A DNA stretch of 64,000 nucleotides. Source: Lama glama (Eukaryota). Every line of letters begins with the position of its first letter. The first letter of the stretch is position 1. The DNA lies in NCBI GenBank assembly GCA_028534125.1, contig CM052841.1, forward strand, positions 64,542,001 to 64,606,000. Reading direction: 5' to 3'. The notes below the pieces were generated by a model. That model saw only the letters and a list, made by a program, of their open reading frames with translations. It did not search any database and had not been told where the DNA came from. Shown here piece after piece: positions 1 to 59,792 of this stretch. Made by a program: the position numbers and the translations under genes.

Positions 1-1760
1 TTTTAGGTCATGAATGGGTATTGAATTTTGTTACATACTTTTTCTATCTCTGATCATATGATTTTTTTTCTTTTGTTTTAAAATCTATTGGGTTGCATTG
101 ATTTTTTTTTTTTAATGCTGAACCTGCTTTTCATTCCTAGAGTAAATTCTACCTGTTTGTATGGTTAGATTGGATTTGCTGATATTTTATTAAGCTTCTT
201 GGTGTCTAGTTCATGGTGGATATTGGTCTGCAATTTTCTTTTAATATCTTTGTGGGTTTTGATAATCATCTTATGTCTGTGCTCAAAAGATGTGTTGGAA
301 AATGTTCCTTCTTTACTTTCTGAAAGAGCTTCCATGGGTTGGTATTATTTTCTTTGATACGTGCTTCATAAACTTCACCTGTGAAACAATTTGATCCTGA
401 AGTTTCCTTTCTGAAGACATTTGTGATAATTTGTTTGATTAGTCACAGGGCTGCTCAGGTTTCCTGTGTTTTGTATCAGTGCTTGATAAGTTGTGATTTT
501 CAAGGGATTTGTTCATTTCTTTTGGTTGATCTTCTTGGTGTAAAGTTGTTGACAACGTTCCTTTCCCTTTCGAGGTCTGCAGGATCTGTAGTGATACACC
601 ACTTCCATTCCTGACAGTTGGTAATTTGTGTTTTTTCTCTTTTTCTGTTCACTTCTGCCAAGGGCTTAGTAGTCTTCTTAATCTTCACAAAGGGGCGGCA
701 TTTAGCTTTAATTTTCTCCATTGCTTGATTGTTTTCTAGTTCATCGATCTGTTCATTTTAATTATTGGGGCTTTCTAGATTTCTAACTTAATTTCATTAC
801 AGTCAAGAGAGCACATTGTTTATGACTTCAAGTTATTGAGACTTATTTTATGATCAGGATATGGTCTGCCCTGGTGAATATTCCAGCTGCATTTGAAAAG
901 AATGTGTACTCTCTAGATGTTAGAGATCATGTTCTGTAAATGTCAACACAGTCAAGGTGGTTGTCAGTGTTGTTCAGACCTTATGTACCTACGGATATTT
1001 TTGCCTACTTCTATCAGTTACTGAAACTGAGGTGTTAAAATACTCTTCGCTATAATTCACTGTCTCTTTCTTCTTTTAATTCTGTCAGTTTTGCTTCATT
1101 TAATTTGAAGCTGTTATGAGGCATAAGCACATTGGTCATTTTTAGACATACTGACATACTGACCCTTTGTGTTGTTTTCTGATGTCCTTCTCTATTTCTT
1201 GTAATAGTTCTTGGAGTCTGTTTTGTTAAATGTTAAAATCATTGTTCTAACTTTGTTTATTGTTGTCATGGTATATATTTTTCCATTCTTTTCCTTAGAA
1301 ACCCTTTTGTGTTTGTATTTAAAGTGATGCTCTGGTAGATGGCACATCGTTGCACGTGCTGTGTCATCAGATCTAATGTTCTTTTTAGTTGAATCGGGCT
1401 TTTTGTTGTTGTTTCCCTTTTTTTAACTATATATAGTTCATGTAACAAAGTTTCATGTTATGTCACATTTACCCTTTTAAAGTCTAAAATTCAGAGATTT
1501 TTTAGTATAGTCACAAGTTTGTGCCATCATTTCTACTAATTCCAGACCATTTTTGTCACCCACAAAAGAAGCCCCTTACCTGTTAGCAGTCACTCCCAGT
1601 TACCACCACACCCTCTGGCAACCACTGATCTACTTCCTGTCTCTGGGTTTGTGTATTCTGGACATTTCATATAGATGACATAATATGTGGCCTTTCACAT
1701 CTGGCTCTAGCACTTGGCAGAATGTTTTCAGGGATCCCCTTTTGTAGTACCACATTGTGT
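1..1760 (-). mobile_element. Degraded ancient LINE-1 fragments (antisense to PRRC2B)
   Basis: T-rich sequence with L1-antisense phrases (gaatgggtattgaattttg, gcatttgaaaagaatgtgtactct, ggcaaccactgatctacttcctgtctct...ctggacatttcatata); boundaries approximate. Confidence 0.65.
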
Positions 1761-2080
1761 GTCACCCATCGCAGGGTGGGGAGTGCCCTGGGACAAAGCG
1801 GCAACTCGCAGATCTGGTCGGGCTTCTGTATTGCTGGGATAGACTCCTGCGTGGTGTCTGCCCACTTTTGCTCACTCTCCTGCACCTAGTATACTTGCAG
1901 AATATCTTGTCCAGATTCAAGAACTGTTATCTTAATAGGGTTAAGTCTAACTAAGGAGGGTTAGTCTAACCAGGCTTCTTTGCTGTTACTAGAGTCAGAG
2001 CTGTCCTTCACTCTAATCTGCTGTGTTTGCTCTGCTGGTAGCAGCTGGGTGGTGTGACTCACCCAGTCGGGTTGACATAG

Positions 2081-37400
<35,320 letters not shown>

Positions 37401-39725
37401 AGGGGCTCTGGCCGCCTGCCCCGAGGACCGCCGCCACGCAACCGGATGCTGATGCTGCGGAGTCTCACCGACGGATGGATGCACCGTCCACCCCCGGGAG
37501 GGACTGAGAGACCTCCCTCTCTTCTCCACTCCTGAAAGCAACGTCGTCCAACCAGCTTGCACCCCTGGATACGTGGCATTGACCTGCTTGCTTGAATACG
37601 AAACAAACAAAAAAGCAGACGACTCCATTCCCATCTCCTTTCCGCCACGACTGTGGAGGGACAGCCTTCGCGCAGTGCAGATGAGCCGTCCCTCCTGTCC
37701 CGCTCCCTCCTGGCCGCAGGGGCCCTCACAGCGCTTCCTCCCCGCCCGCCTCCTGTCTGTCCCCAGGCACACTGGTTTGGCAGCAGGGCCATTTTATTAG
37801 TTGGAGACTTTTTGTTTTAAAAAGCAGCTAAAGATTTTACAAAGGAGAAAGGAAAAGAAAACAAAAACACAAGCTATGTCTGTGTAGCTGGACTTTTATA
37901 TGTCCTTCACCATTCTCTCCCCACCCCCTTTTCTGTTCTGGTAGTTTCCTATGAACTCTCTCCTGTTAGTTTGGCACATCACAGCGATACCTTAAGAGAT
38001 GACTCTTAAGAATGTGTCCTCTCCTGATCTCTGTTGGTTAATCCTTGAGGTTACTTGTAAAAAGGAGTGGTGATTTAAGATACGCTCCTAAGCACAGGGT
38101 GTCCCACCGTGTGCTTGGGAGGTGGTGATGCGGCGGGGAGGGTGGGCGGGTGGGCGGCGTTTCAGTTGAGTTCCAGCCCCTGGCCTGATGGCCCAGGGGA
38201 GCTTACGGGCAGCCCAGTGAGGTTAATGGCGTTTTTAGCATAAGAATTAAACAGAATTTCTGTCTTAGACTCTTCTGAAGCTAGTGGGAACACTGACCGC
38301 TGGGCACCCAAGGTGAATCATGGAGATTAAGGCTCTGGCATTTTCCAGCTTGGCCTGGGCAGTGCACGGACAGCACCAGGCACCATCACCCTTCAGCGTC
38401 TCTGCTTCTGGGGCTTCAGCACCTTCAGGGGCTGTTTCACATACTCCCCCTTTCCTCAAACTTTCCATATCATGCCCGTCTCCTTCCTTCTTCCTGAGCC
38501 TGCCGCCTCCTCTCTGGGTCCTCCTGTCCCTCCACTTCCCATGCAGCTAGAAACCGGTTCCTCCGTGTGGTGATGGGAGTGGGGGTGGCTGTCACCAGAG
38601 ACCGTGCAGTTCCTCTGCATGGTGACCGGAGGGCACGGATGGCGGTTTGGCTGGATCTGCACGTGGTCTGGGAGGCTGCTGGGACAGAGAGGCCTGAACT
38701 GGGCAGTGGGTGTGGGTCTTTGCAGAGGCCAGAGCAGGGTCCGGGGGAAGGTAAGATGGGTCGCAGGGCTGACCGTGGTTCTGGAACAGCCTGGGTGGTC
38801 TCTTGAGTCTGCAGAGCCGCCTCTGTCAGGATGTGTGTGTGAGGCATTTTATGCTGGGGGTTTTCTTGTTTTTAAAAGAAGAACTAGAAGGAAATCCTCC
38901 CAGATTCTGTCATCCCAAGGAAGGGCGAGAGGATGTTTATTTCAAGCTTTGCACATTCTCTTCAGAGTAACTAACCAGCCATCTACCTGTCATTGCTGGT
39001 GGGTCCAGGGAAGACCTGGCTCAGAGGATGAGGGGTAGGCAATAGGGGATGTGCCCCGGGCCGTGGTCTTCGGCTCCGTGTCCAGTGAGGACACAGGAAA
39101 GGAAGTGCCTCGGGGACCACTGGGGTCACTGCTCGTTGCTCCTCACTGCTTTAAGGGAATGGGGACAGCCTCCTAGCAGAGTGCCCAGGTCTCTTCCTGG
39201 GGTCATCTGGAGAGGACCGGATGCTTTACTGCTTAAACAATAGCTTTCAGCACTCCCCTCCTTGCCTCTACTCTCAGACCTTACTTCTCACTAGCCTGTC
39301 TTTTTTTCTCCTTCATCCCCTGAATCTTGACCCTAAAGTCCCTTCTCAAAGGGCCACCCATTGAATGGAGGGCCCCGTGTGCCCATGAGCTCTCCACCCA
39401 CTTCCCCGGCGGGCATCTGGCTGCTGTCCCAGTCCCGAGCCGCCCTCCTCTCTGCTTCCGGCCGCCCCTGCGGGAGCCACACACTTACAGTTAGAAAACA
39501 CGGCCAGACCCCTCACACTTAATTCCAGTGCACGTTGTCTGTCAAAAGGAAAAAAGTTTTTGTCACTTTGAAATTCAACAGAACAGTCCTGGATGCTGTT
39601 ACAAACTCAAGATGTACCCTTCAGGTGAACCTGCCATCACAGTGACAGTGCTCCCTGTTTGAGGGGGGAAAAAAGGGTCACCTGTTATCCTGCCCTTTTC
39701 TCTACCCCTGTATCCCCCACTCCCC

Positions 39726-39731
39726 AATAAA
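39726..39731 (+). terminator. Candidate proximal poly(A) signal of PRRC2B
   Basis: AATAAA followed by U/GU-rich sequence (tttatttatatgtattgatgttgt). Confidence 0.5.
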
Positions 39732-41687
39732 AACAGAAAACACTAGAATTTATTTATATGTATTGATGTTGTAGGTCTAGGTGAAAAAAAGGTAAATGTC
39801 TCACTGCTCTATTTATATATAATGTCTGAATTATTCTGTGCAGGAAAGGCCAGGAAATTGCATGTGAAGTTCAGTGCGTTTACCACCTCTCTGTGCCCAA
39901 GCTGTGGTCTCTTTCCCACTAAGATACGGATTTTGAATTGAACTCTGGAGGCAGAAGGTAGGCCTCAGGCCTGCCCAACACCCAGTCCCTTCCTTGGCCT
40001 GATTAAATGCAGAGTTAATCAGGTCTGATTAGTGCAGACATGTTTTAAGGTGCAATATCTCTCCTCTAATGTGGTTTTTAGAGCCAAGCTCAAGGTAATA
40101 GGACTTAAGGTCTTACTTTGGCTTCAAATCCCCATCCTCAGAGTGCATGTCCATGCAGAGGCCTCTGCCAGAATGCTCTGAGGCTTTGGCGGGAACAGGT
40201 GAAGACCAGCACTTAACTTTTCTGCCACTGAGGTTGTGGGGGGTGTCAGAACCTTCTCCCTGCACCTTTGCCTACTAAAAATGCCCTCTCTTCTGATGCT
40301 GGCAGCTTTGCCCTGGCTGTTGAAGCTGTAGCCCGCTACTCGGCAGCAGTGACCCGCCGTAGTGCACGTCCAGCGTCAGTTTCTCAGTGGGGTGAAGCCC
40401 CAGAGTGTGGGTTCATGTATCTGTGAGGCGTCGTCCCCCACTGAAGACTTCTTTGTCAGCTGTATTTGGTCTGGTTTTCTTTACCATTGCTTCATCAACA
40501 TGATTACTGTTTTCAAACTTGGAATTCATACACTTCTGGCTCTTGGTTCTTTAAGGGGGGAAGCTAAAGGATGACTTTCCCACATTCAGGAAACTCGGTT
40601 GGTCCGGTTCCAAAGCCATGGCTATTCCAGCCATTTTGAGGGGATACTGTGGTAGCTTGTTAAATATTGGCATCAGTTCTCTCCAGCCGTACCCTCGTCC
40701 TCCTGTCTTCTGGATCCACCTTCTGGATGGTTGATGAGGTTTGTGACTAATGCCCACGGGCCAAGGAGGTGGAGGGTGTGCACACGTGTGCAGCCTCATG
40801 CAGATCTGGCCCCTTGGGGCAGTGGGTGGTGAACTGGGAAAGCCCCCTCTGCTGTTTGGTTCCCCTCTGCCAAGTAGCTGCATGTTGCCTCTCAAATTTG
40901 CATTTGTTCCTTTTCCCTTCTTGCAGAGCAAGCCTGGGTTAGAAGGTCTGTTGGAAATGGCCTTCCACAGCCAAGGACACTACAATGTTTGTGCTTTGTT
41001 GTGTTCTGTGATGACTGGGAAATGCAGACTTCCAGAAAGCCAGCTCTTCCTGTCTGAAAAATGTGAGACGGACCTAAGAGAGATCACCCCGACAGGAGTG
41101 GCTCAGGGACGGGGTCAGACGCTGCCCCCCAGCTGTGCTCTCGACCCGGACCACCAGCGCATTTGTGGCTAGTGATCTTCCCGGTGCATCCCACCTGCTT
41201 TTCAGCTTTTCTCCAGCCGTTAGGTGGTCTCCAAGATGGCAGCAGTGTCTCCAGGGCCCTTCCTTCACGCTGCGAAGCCTGGGAGTGGAACTTTCTGTAA
41301 AGCTCCGTGGATGACTCTTCCGTTGTTCAGAGGGGATACTGTACTCCAGGCTTCGGACCTCATGCCTTGCATCATCAAAAGGGTTTGGGGTTTTGTTCCT
41401 GAGAGGGTGGTTTTTTTTTTTTTCCTTATTTTGGCCTTTCCTCTCTTTGTCTTTTCACGTAGACCAGATATTTGAAAGGGCAGACGATGGCTAAAGGTGT
41501 AACATGCAGCTTGTTTCTACGTTGTTTGGGGGAGCTTTGACCTTGGATGGAAATGGAACTGTGGACTCAACTGGCCATGGTGGCCCACTCACCCTCCCCT
41601 CTTCCCTCCGGTTCAGTACCTGTTGTTTCTCCTTTCAAATATGTGATTGTACTAGCTCTTTCCATATGAAAGAATTCTCCTTATTTA

Positions 41688-41693
41688 AATAAA
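41688..41693 (+). terminator. Distal poly(A) signal of PRRC2B
   Basis: AATAAA with TGTA upstream (41648) and GT-rich sequence downstream; last such signal before the POMT1 promoter. Confidence 0.75.
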
Positions 41694-42039
41694 AAAAGTT
41701 AAAAAAAAAAAACCACCGCTGAACATGCTTCCACAGGTTATGTGTCCTCGATTCTCTGTCATTTGACTAGAGACTCACAGACAAAAGTTTTCGTTCTCTG
41801 AATATCAGGAGAGACTGGACTGAAACACCTTATGGCACTCTGGGGGGAGGTGCGGTTGAAACCTGCGGTTAAAGCATCTTCCAAAGGGGTGGGTTAGCAG
41901 TCCCACCCCTGCCCTCGCCGCCCTGCTCCTCATTTGTCCTGTTTTGTTGCCACCTCTAGCATCCCATTTGGCTGTAAGTTAGAGAGGATTGTGCTGCACC
42001 TTGGGATAGGAGAGAGCAGGCCAGGTGCCGGCAGGGCAG

Positions 42040-42200
42040 TGTCGAGAGCTTGGATTTGGGTTCAAGCAATAGCTGTCATTTCTGCCATCCACTGATGGCT
42101 TTGCGACCTTGGGAGAGTCACTTCACCATTCCTGAGTCACAATTTCCCTCACTGTAAAACATGAGTTGTAACCAGTGCCTACCCCGTGGGGGAGTGTGGC
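42040..42200 (+). mobile_element. MIR SINE fragment between PRRC2B and POMT1
   Basis: gcgaccttgggagagtcacttcacc...ctgagtcacaatttccctcactgtaaaacatgag resembles the MIR core. Confidence 0.6.
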
Positions 42201-42699
42201 TGCAAGGAGGTCGTGGGCAGCTTGCACCAGGTAAGACTGTAGGAAACTTCTAAATTATCCCCAAGTAAGTTTAACAGTTTCCATGAGGAATCCCGGCCCG
42301 GAGATTCTCCTCCTGAGCCTCTCGACTGTAGAATCCTCGAGCCAGGGCAGGGAGGCGCTCAGCTCTACCGGCCACCCCGTCCCCTGGATTCACTGCTTCT
42401 GGTGACAGGCAGTTCAGACCTCGAGGAGCCCTGCCGCGAGGGAGCCCGGGGGCCCCACAGGACCCCACAGGATGGGGCCTCTGAATTCTGATGACGCGGA
42501 CGGTCCCTGCTTTTGTATGAAAGACCAAGGGCTGAGAGCCCAACCCCAATCCTCCGGGGCCCAGGAAGCCCAGCTCCCTCCCTCCCCACAACCTAGGTAA
42601 TGCCGCCTAACACCGGGTGACCAACATTCATTTCAGTTATTGAACCTGCAGTATCCTTTTGTTCTTGAGGGTTAACTCCCATATCGACAAGGGGCCGGG

Positions 42700-43470
42700 A
42701 AGCAGGGTTGTCTTCCTGCCGGTTAATCGTCCCGGCCATTCCCTTAACCCGAGGTACTGTGTCCCGCTGCGGAGCGCGCTGCGCCGGGCTACGAAGGCTG
42801 TGTGGGGCCGGGGGGGGACGGGGGACGGGGGGCGCAGCGGCCCCAGGCCCGCCTCCGCCTGCGCGCGCGTCGGCGCCACACTGAGCGAAGTGCAGATAAG
42901 GTCCCACTGGGTCGTTTTAAGGAGGTGCCCGTGTTTGCGCGCATAGCAATCCCGGAGTGCCAAAGCCGTTACTGACCCCAAGGCGGCTTGAGTCCACACG
43001 GTGCGCACGCGCGTCGCCCTCGCCCACTGCGCACGCGCGCCACACCCCCCGCGGGGCCCGCAGACGCGGCGAGTCGAGCGTCGAGCGGGCCGGTGGGCGG
43101 CGGAGAGTGCCGAGCGCCCTCGCCCTCAACGGTCGGCGCGCCACCCCTCGCCCCCAAGGCCGATCCGAGGCGTGGCCGGGCGCGGGGAGCGGCTCTGCGG
43201 GGACTTCAAGAAACGCTGAGTACGTTTAGGGTGCTGGGGACTACAGCCCAGCCGGGAGCCGGACAGTCAGTGCGGGACGCGCGTGCGCGGCCTGCGGGGG
43301 AACTGGGGCCGGGGGCGGCCGGGTCCTGCGCGACCCCGCGGCGGGGCCGAGGGCAGGTGTGCGCCGGGAGAGGGGCCTGCCGTAAGACGCAGCCTGGGTC
43401 TGAGAAGGGAACGCCCGGGGCAGCTGTGCCCGGCGAGAAAGGGGCGGCGCCCAGGGGCAGGTGAAATCTT
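42700..43470 (+). promoter_or_regulatory. POMT1: CpG-island promoter of POMT1, with non-coding first exon (probable donor TGA|gtacgt after 43219)
   Basis: Very GC- and CpG-dense, no TATA box, GC boxes present, ~0.7-1.4 kb upstream of the ATG-bearing exon. TSS not resolvable from sequence. Confidence 0.85.
43002..43039. promoter_or_regulatory. Two tandem NRF1-type sites
   Basis: TGCGCACGCGCG at 43002-43013 and 43028-43039, both exact fits to YGCGCAYGCGCR. Confidence 0.65.
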
Positions 43471-44136
43471 TGGGAAGGATAGCGGCCCGGGACAAGTGAG
43501 AGAAAGTGTGAGAGAAAGGCAGTGCCTCCCAGGGCAGATCACATCTCTGGAGAGAAGAGGGGTGCTCAGGGCAGATGAAGCTGCAGGGAGAAACATCCAG
43601 GACAGATGTAGCCGTAAGGATGGAAGCGCACTGCTAGAGACCAGATGCAGAAAAGAGAAACAGGGTGCCGGAGGCAGATAAGAGAAGTGGAGCCCAAGGG
43701 AGGATGAAGCCTCGGGAAGGAAACAGGTTGCCGGTTGCACATGCGCCCTCAGGGTGAGAAAGGGGACGCCCAGGGGATGGTGCTGTCACAAGGCGGGAAG
43801 GGAGGGAGGCTCTGAGGCTCAGGGGATGGAGGTCACCTGGCTGTAAGCTGTTCACACTGCCCAGATGAGGTGAGGCAGGGAGGCAGCCTCATTCATTGAC
43901 AGGAAGTGCCCAGCAGGTGTTGGTGGAGCGAATGAATATTCAGTTCTGAATCCCCACCTTGGTTGACTGCTGGTACCCACCTGACTTTCTCAGCAACCCC
44001 ACACCGTGGTCCTCCCTGGTGCATCCAGGGTCCTGTTCAGTCTCTTGTGAGTCTTCAGGGTGCCTGCCACAGGTGTTCTGATGACAATTTCCTGCTTTTT
44101 TCCCAGAGCATCCTCCCACGCCTGCTTTTTTGCAAG

Positions 44137-57853
<13,717 letters not shown>

Positions 57854-58488
57854 CAGTTCAGGAGCACGGTGAACGGCAGGGCCGGGTCGGGCCAAGGTAG
57901 AAGCCTCTTTTAGGAGCGTGTGTTTCTGACCAGCAGACTGGCTCTCAGTGTGGTGGGGACTCTGGCTCGACAAGGACTCCTTTCTGGTTTTGTCCCTGGA
58001 ACGGTCCCCTGACTACCACATCATTTTGAGCAAAGTCTACTTTTCCCAGGCCACAAAGAACATGCTCTCCCTCCACTGACTCCTAAGAGCCCCCTGAACT
58101 GAGTGTGGAGTGGCCAGCGTAGGACTCGGGGATGGTGGAGAAGAGGCAGGAAGGGAGCGAGTTAGGTCAATCCAGACAGGGCCCCAGTCCTGCTGACAGA
58201 GGCCAGTGATGGGGTTTGGCTGACGGGCCTGGTCCTGCTCCCCCAGAGCCCCTGTCCCCAGCCAGGCCTTGAGGAATCACCCTCACGCTTCAGTGCCAGA
58301 GAAGCTACTGGGGTGACAGCCCTGGTGAGGTGGTCATGGGACACTGGGTGTGACTCCTCACTGTCACTGACTCTTAGAACCCCCTGCCCTGAGATTCTGC
58401 CGAGAGGTATGTGAGCGAGTAGTGCCTTTAACCGCCAAGGTTTGTCATCTGTACACTTCCTTGTCCTGAATTCACCCTTTTTTATGTA

Positions 58489-58494
58489 ATTAAA
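58489..58494 (+). terminator. Probable POMT1 poly(A) signal
   Basis: ATTAAA ~640 nt after the stop, with TGTA elements upstream. Confidence 0.7.
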
Positions 58495-58526
58495 AAGGGA
58501 CAAACGGGCATTCGTAGTCGATGTTA

Positions 58527-58532
58527 TTTACT
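58527..58532 (-). terminator. Candidate UCK1 poly(A) signal (variant AGTAAA)
   Basis: TTTACT on + strand is AGTAAA on -; I saw no AATAAA on - between the UCK1 stop and this point. Confidence 0.5.
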
Positions 58533-59610
58533 GATTCTCTCTCCAAGAGCACAGCAAGCTTGACAAGCCTGTCACATGGTCATCAGAACCGGCCACCGAG
58601 TCCAGCCACGCTCGATGGACGTTGTCTTGGGTGAATACAGTTAGTACTCGGGAGCTGGTGGTGATGGGAGGGGATCAGTTTTACAGAAACAGCTGCCACG
58701 TGGGAGGGAGGACAAGCCAGGACAAGCCCACGAGCGTCCGAGGCGCGGACGCAGGGAGAGCATGGGGACAGGCCGCCTCTGGCAGCAGCATCTGTCCGTG
58801 CCCCTTCGGTCCACACACACCTTGGCCGCGGGTGGTGTCCCCTGGACTTGGCTGCGGGTGGCACCGGGGAAGGCCTGTCCAGACAGCAGCTGGGCTCAGG
58901 GGCCCTGAGCAGGACTGTGAGGGCGCTGCGCCTTCTAGAAGGCGGGCCCCCACCAGGCAGGTTCAGGGCTGGGTGAGCCGGGCACTCCCCCCGTTGTGTG
59001 TTTGTTGCTGGTTAAGGAAACGCTTGCTCCCCAGGGCTCGCCCCGGCTCTGCCTTCGGAGCGCAGGCCAGGAGGAAGGAAGCTCCTCTCTGGCTCCTTGA
59101 GTTCCAGATCCGTACGTACCGGGTTCACGACCCACTGGTGGGTCACAAGACTGGGCTGAGGGGCCACCACGAGCAAGGGGTTAGGCAGCGTACTGCAGCA
59201 GAAAACGTGGCTGTGTAACGCAAAAAGGCCTGCAGCCTTCTGCTTCGGTTACGTGTGTGTGAAACAGACCAGTCTTCCTCACTGTGTCCTTACTGTCATG
59301 GTCACAGCAGCCAGGCTGTTTCCTCAACATCCCCCCAGGTACGTTACTTGCTTCCCACGTGTTGGGTGGCATTTCTCAGTAACTAGAGGCTCAGCCTCCT
59401 TAACTCGAGGCGGCAGGTGAAAACGTCAGGGTCGCCTGCAGATAGCCTGTCAAACCCAGTTTGAATGACGCGTCCAGGATTCCCGAGTTAGTGAGGGACC
59501 CCAGACCCTGACACCACCCCGTCCATACCGGCCGCTGAGAAGAAGTGGCGGTTGCGTTTTTGGTGGCAGGCGGGCATCTCTGGACCGCCGGGAGCCAAGC
59601 ACCCCGCTCC

Positions 59611-59792
59611 TCAGTGGGGCCTGCTGCTGGACTCCAGGTGTGACCGTTTGCCCGAAGTCAGCACCCCGGGGTGGTCCCCGGACTCGGAAAATGTCCTCTT
59701 GTAGCTGCGCCCGTTGGACCCTCCGCGGTGCCACTTGCAGATGTCGCCGTTGAGGATGTCCTGGATGTGCTGCACAATCAAGTTGATGGCCA
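59611..59792 (-). CDS. UCK1: UCK1 last coding exon ([23 protein letters not shown]...SSSRPH*)
   Basis: ctgcag acceptor on - strand; TGA at 59613-59611. Confidence 0.95.

Larger units (their letters stand above)
37401..41712 (+). other. PRRC2B: PRRC2B 3'UTR (~4.3 kb)
   Basis: Repeat-poor sequence from the stop codon to AATAAA at 41688; end position approximate. Confidence 0.75.

Noticed and set aside
43237-43252. GGGACTACAGCCCAGC as a ZNF143/THAP11 motif
   Set aside because: Spacing does not fit ACTACAnnTCCCA; too weak to call.
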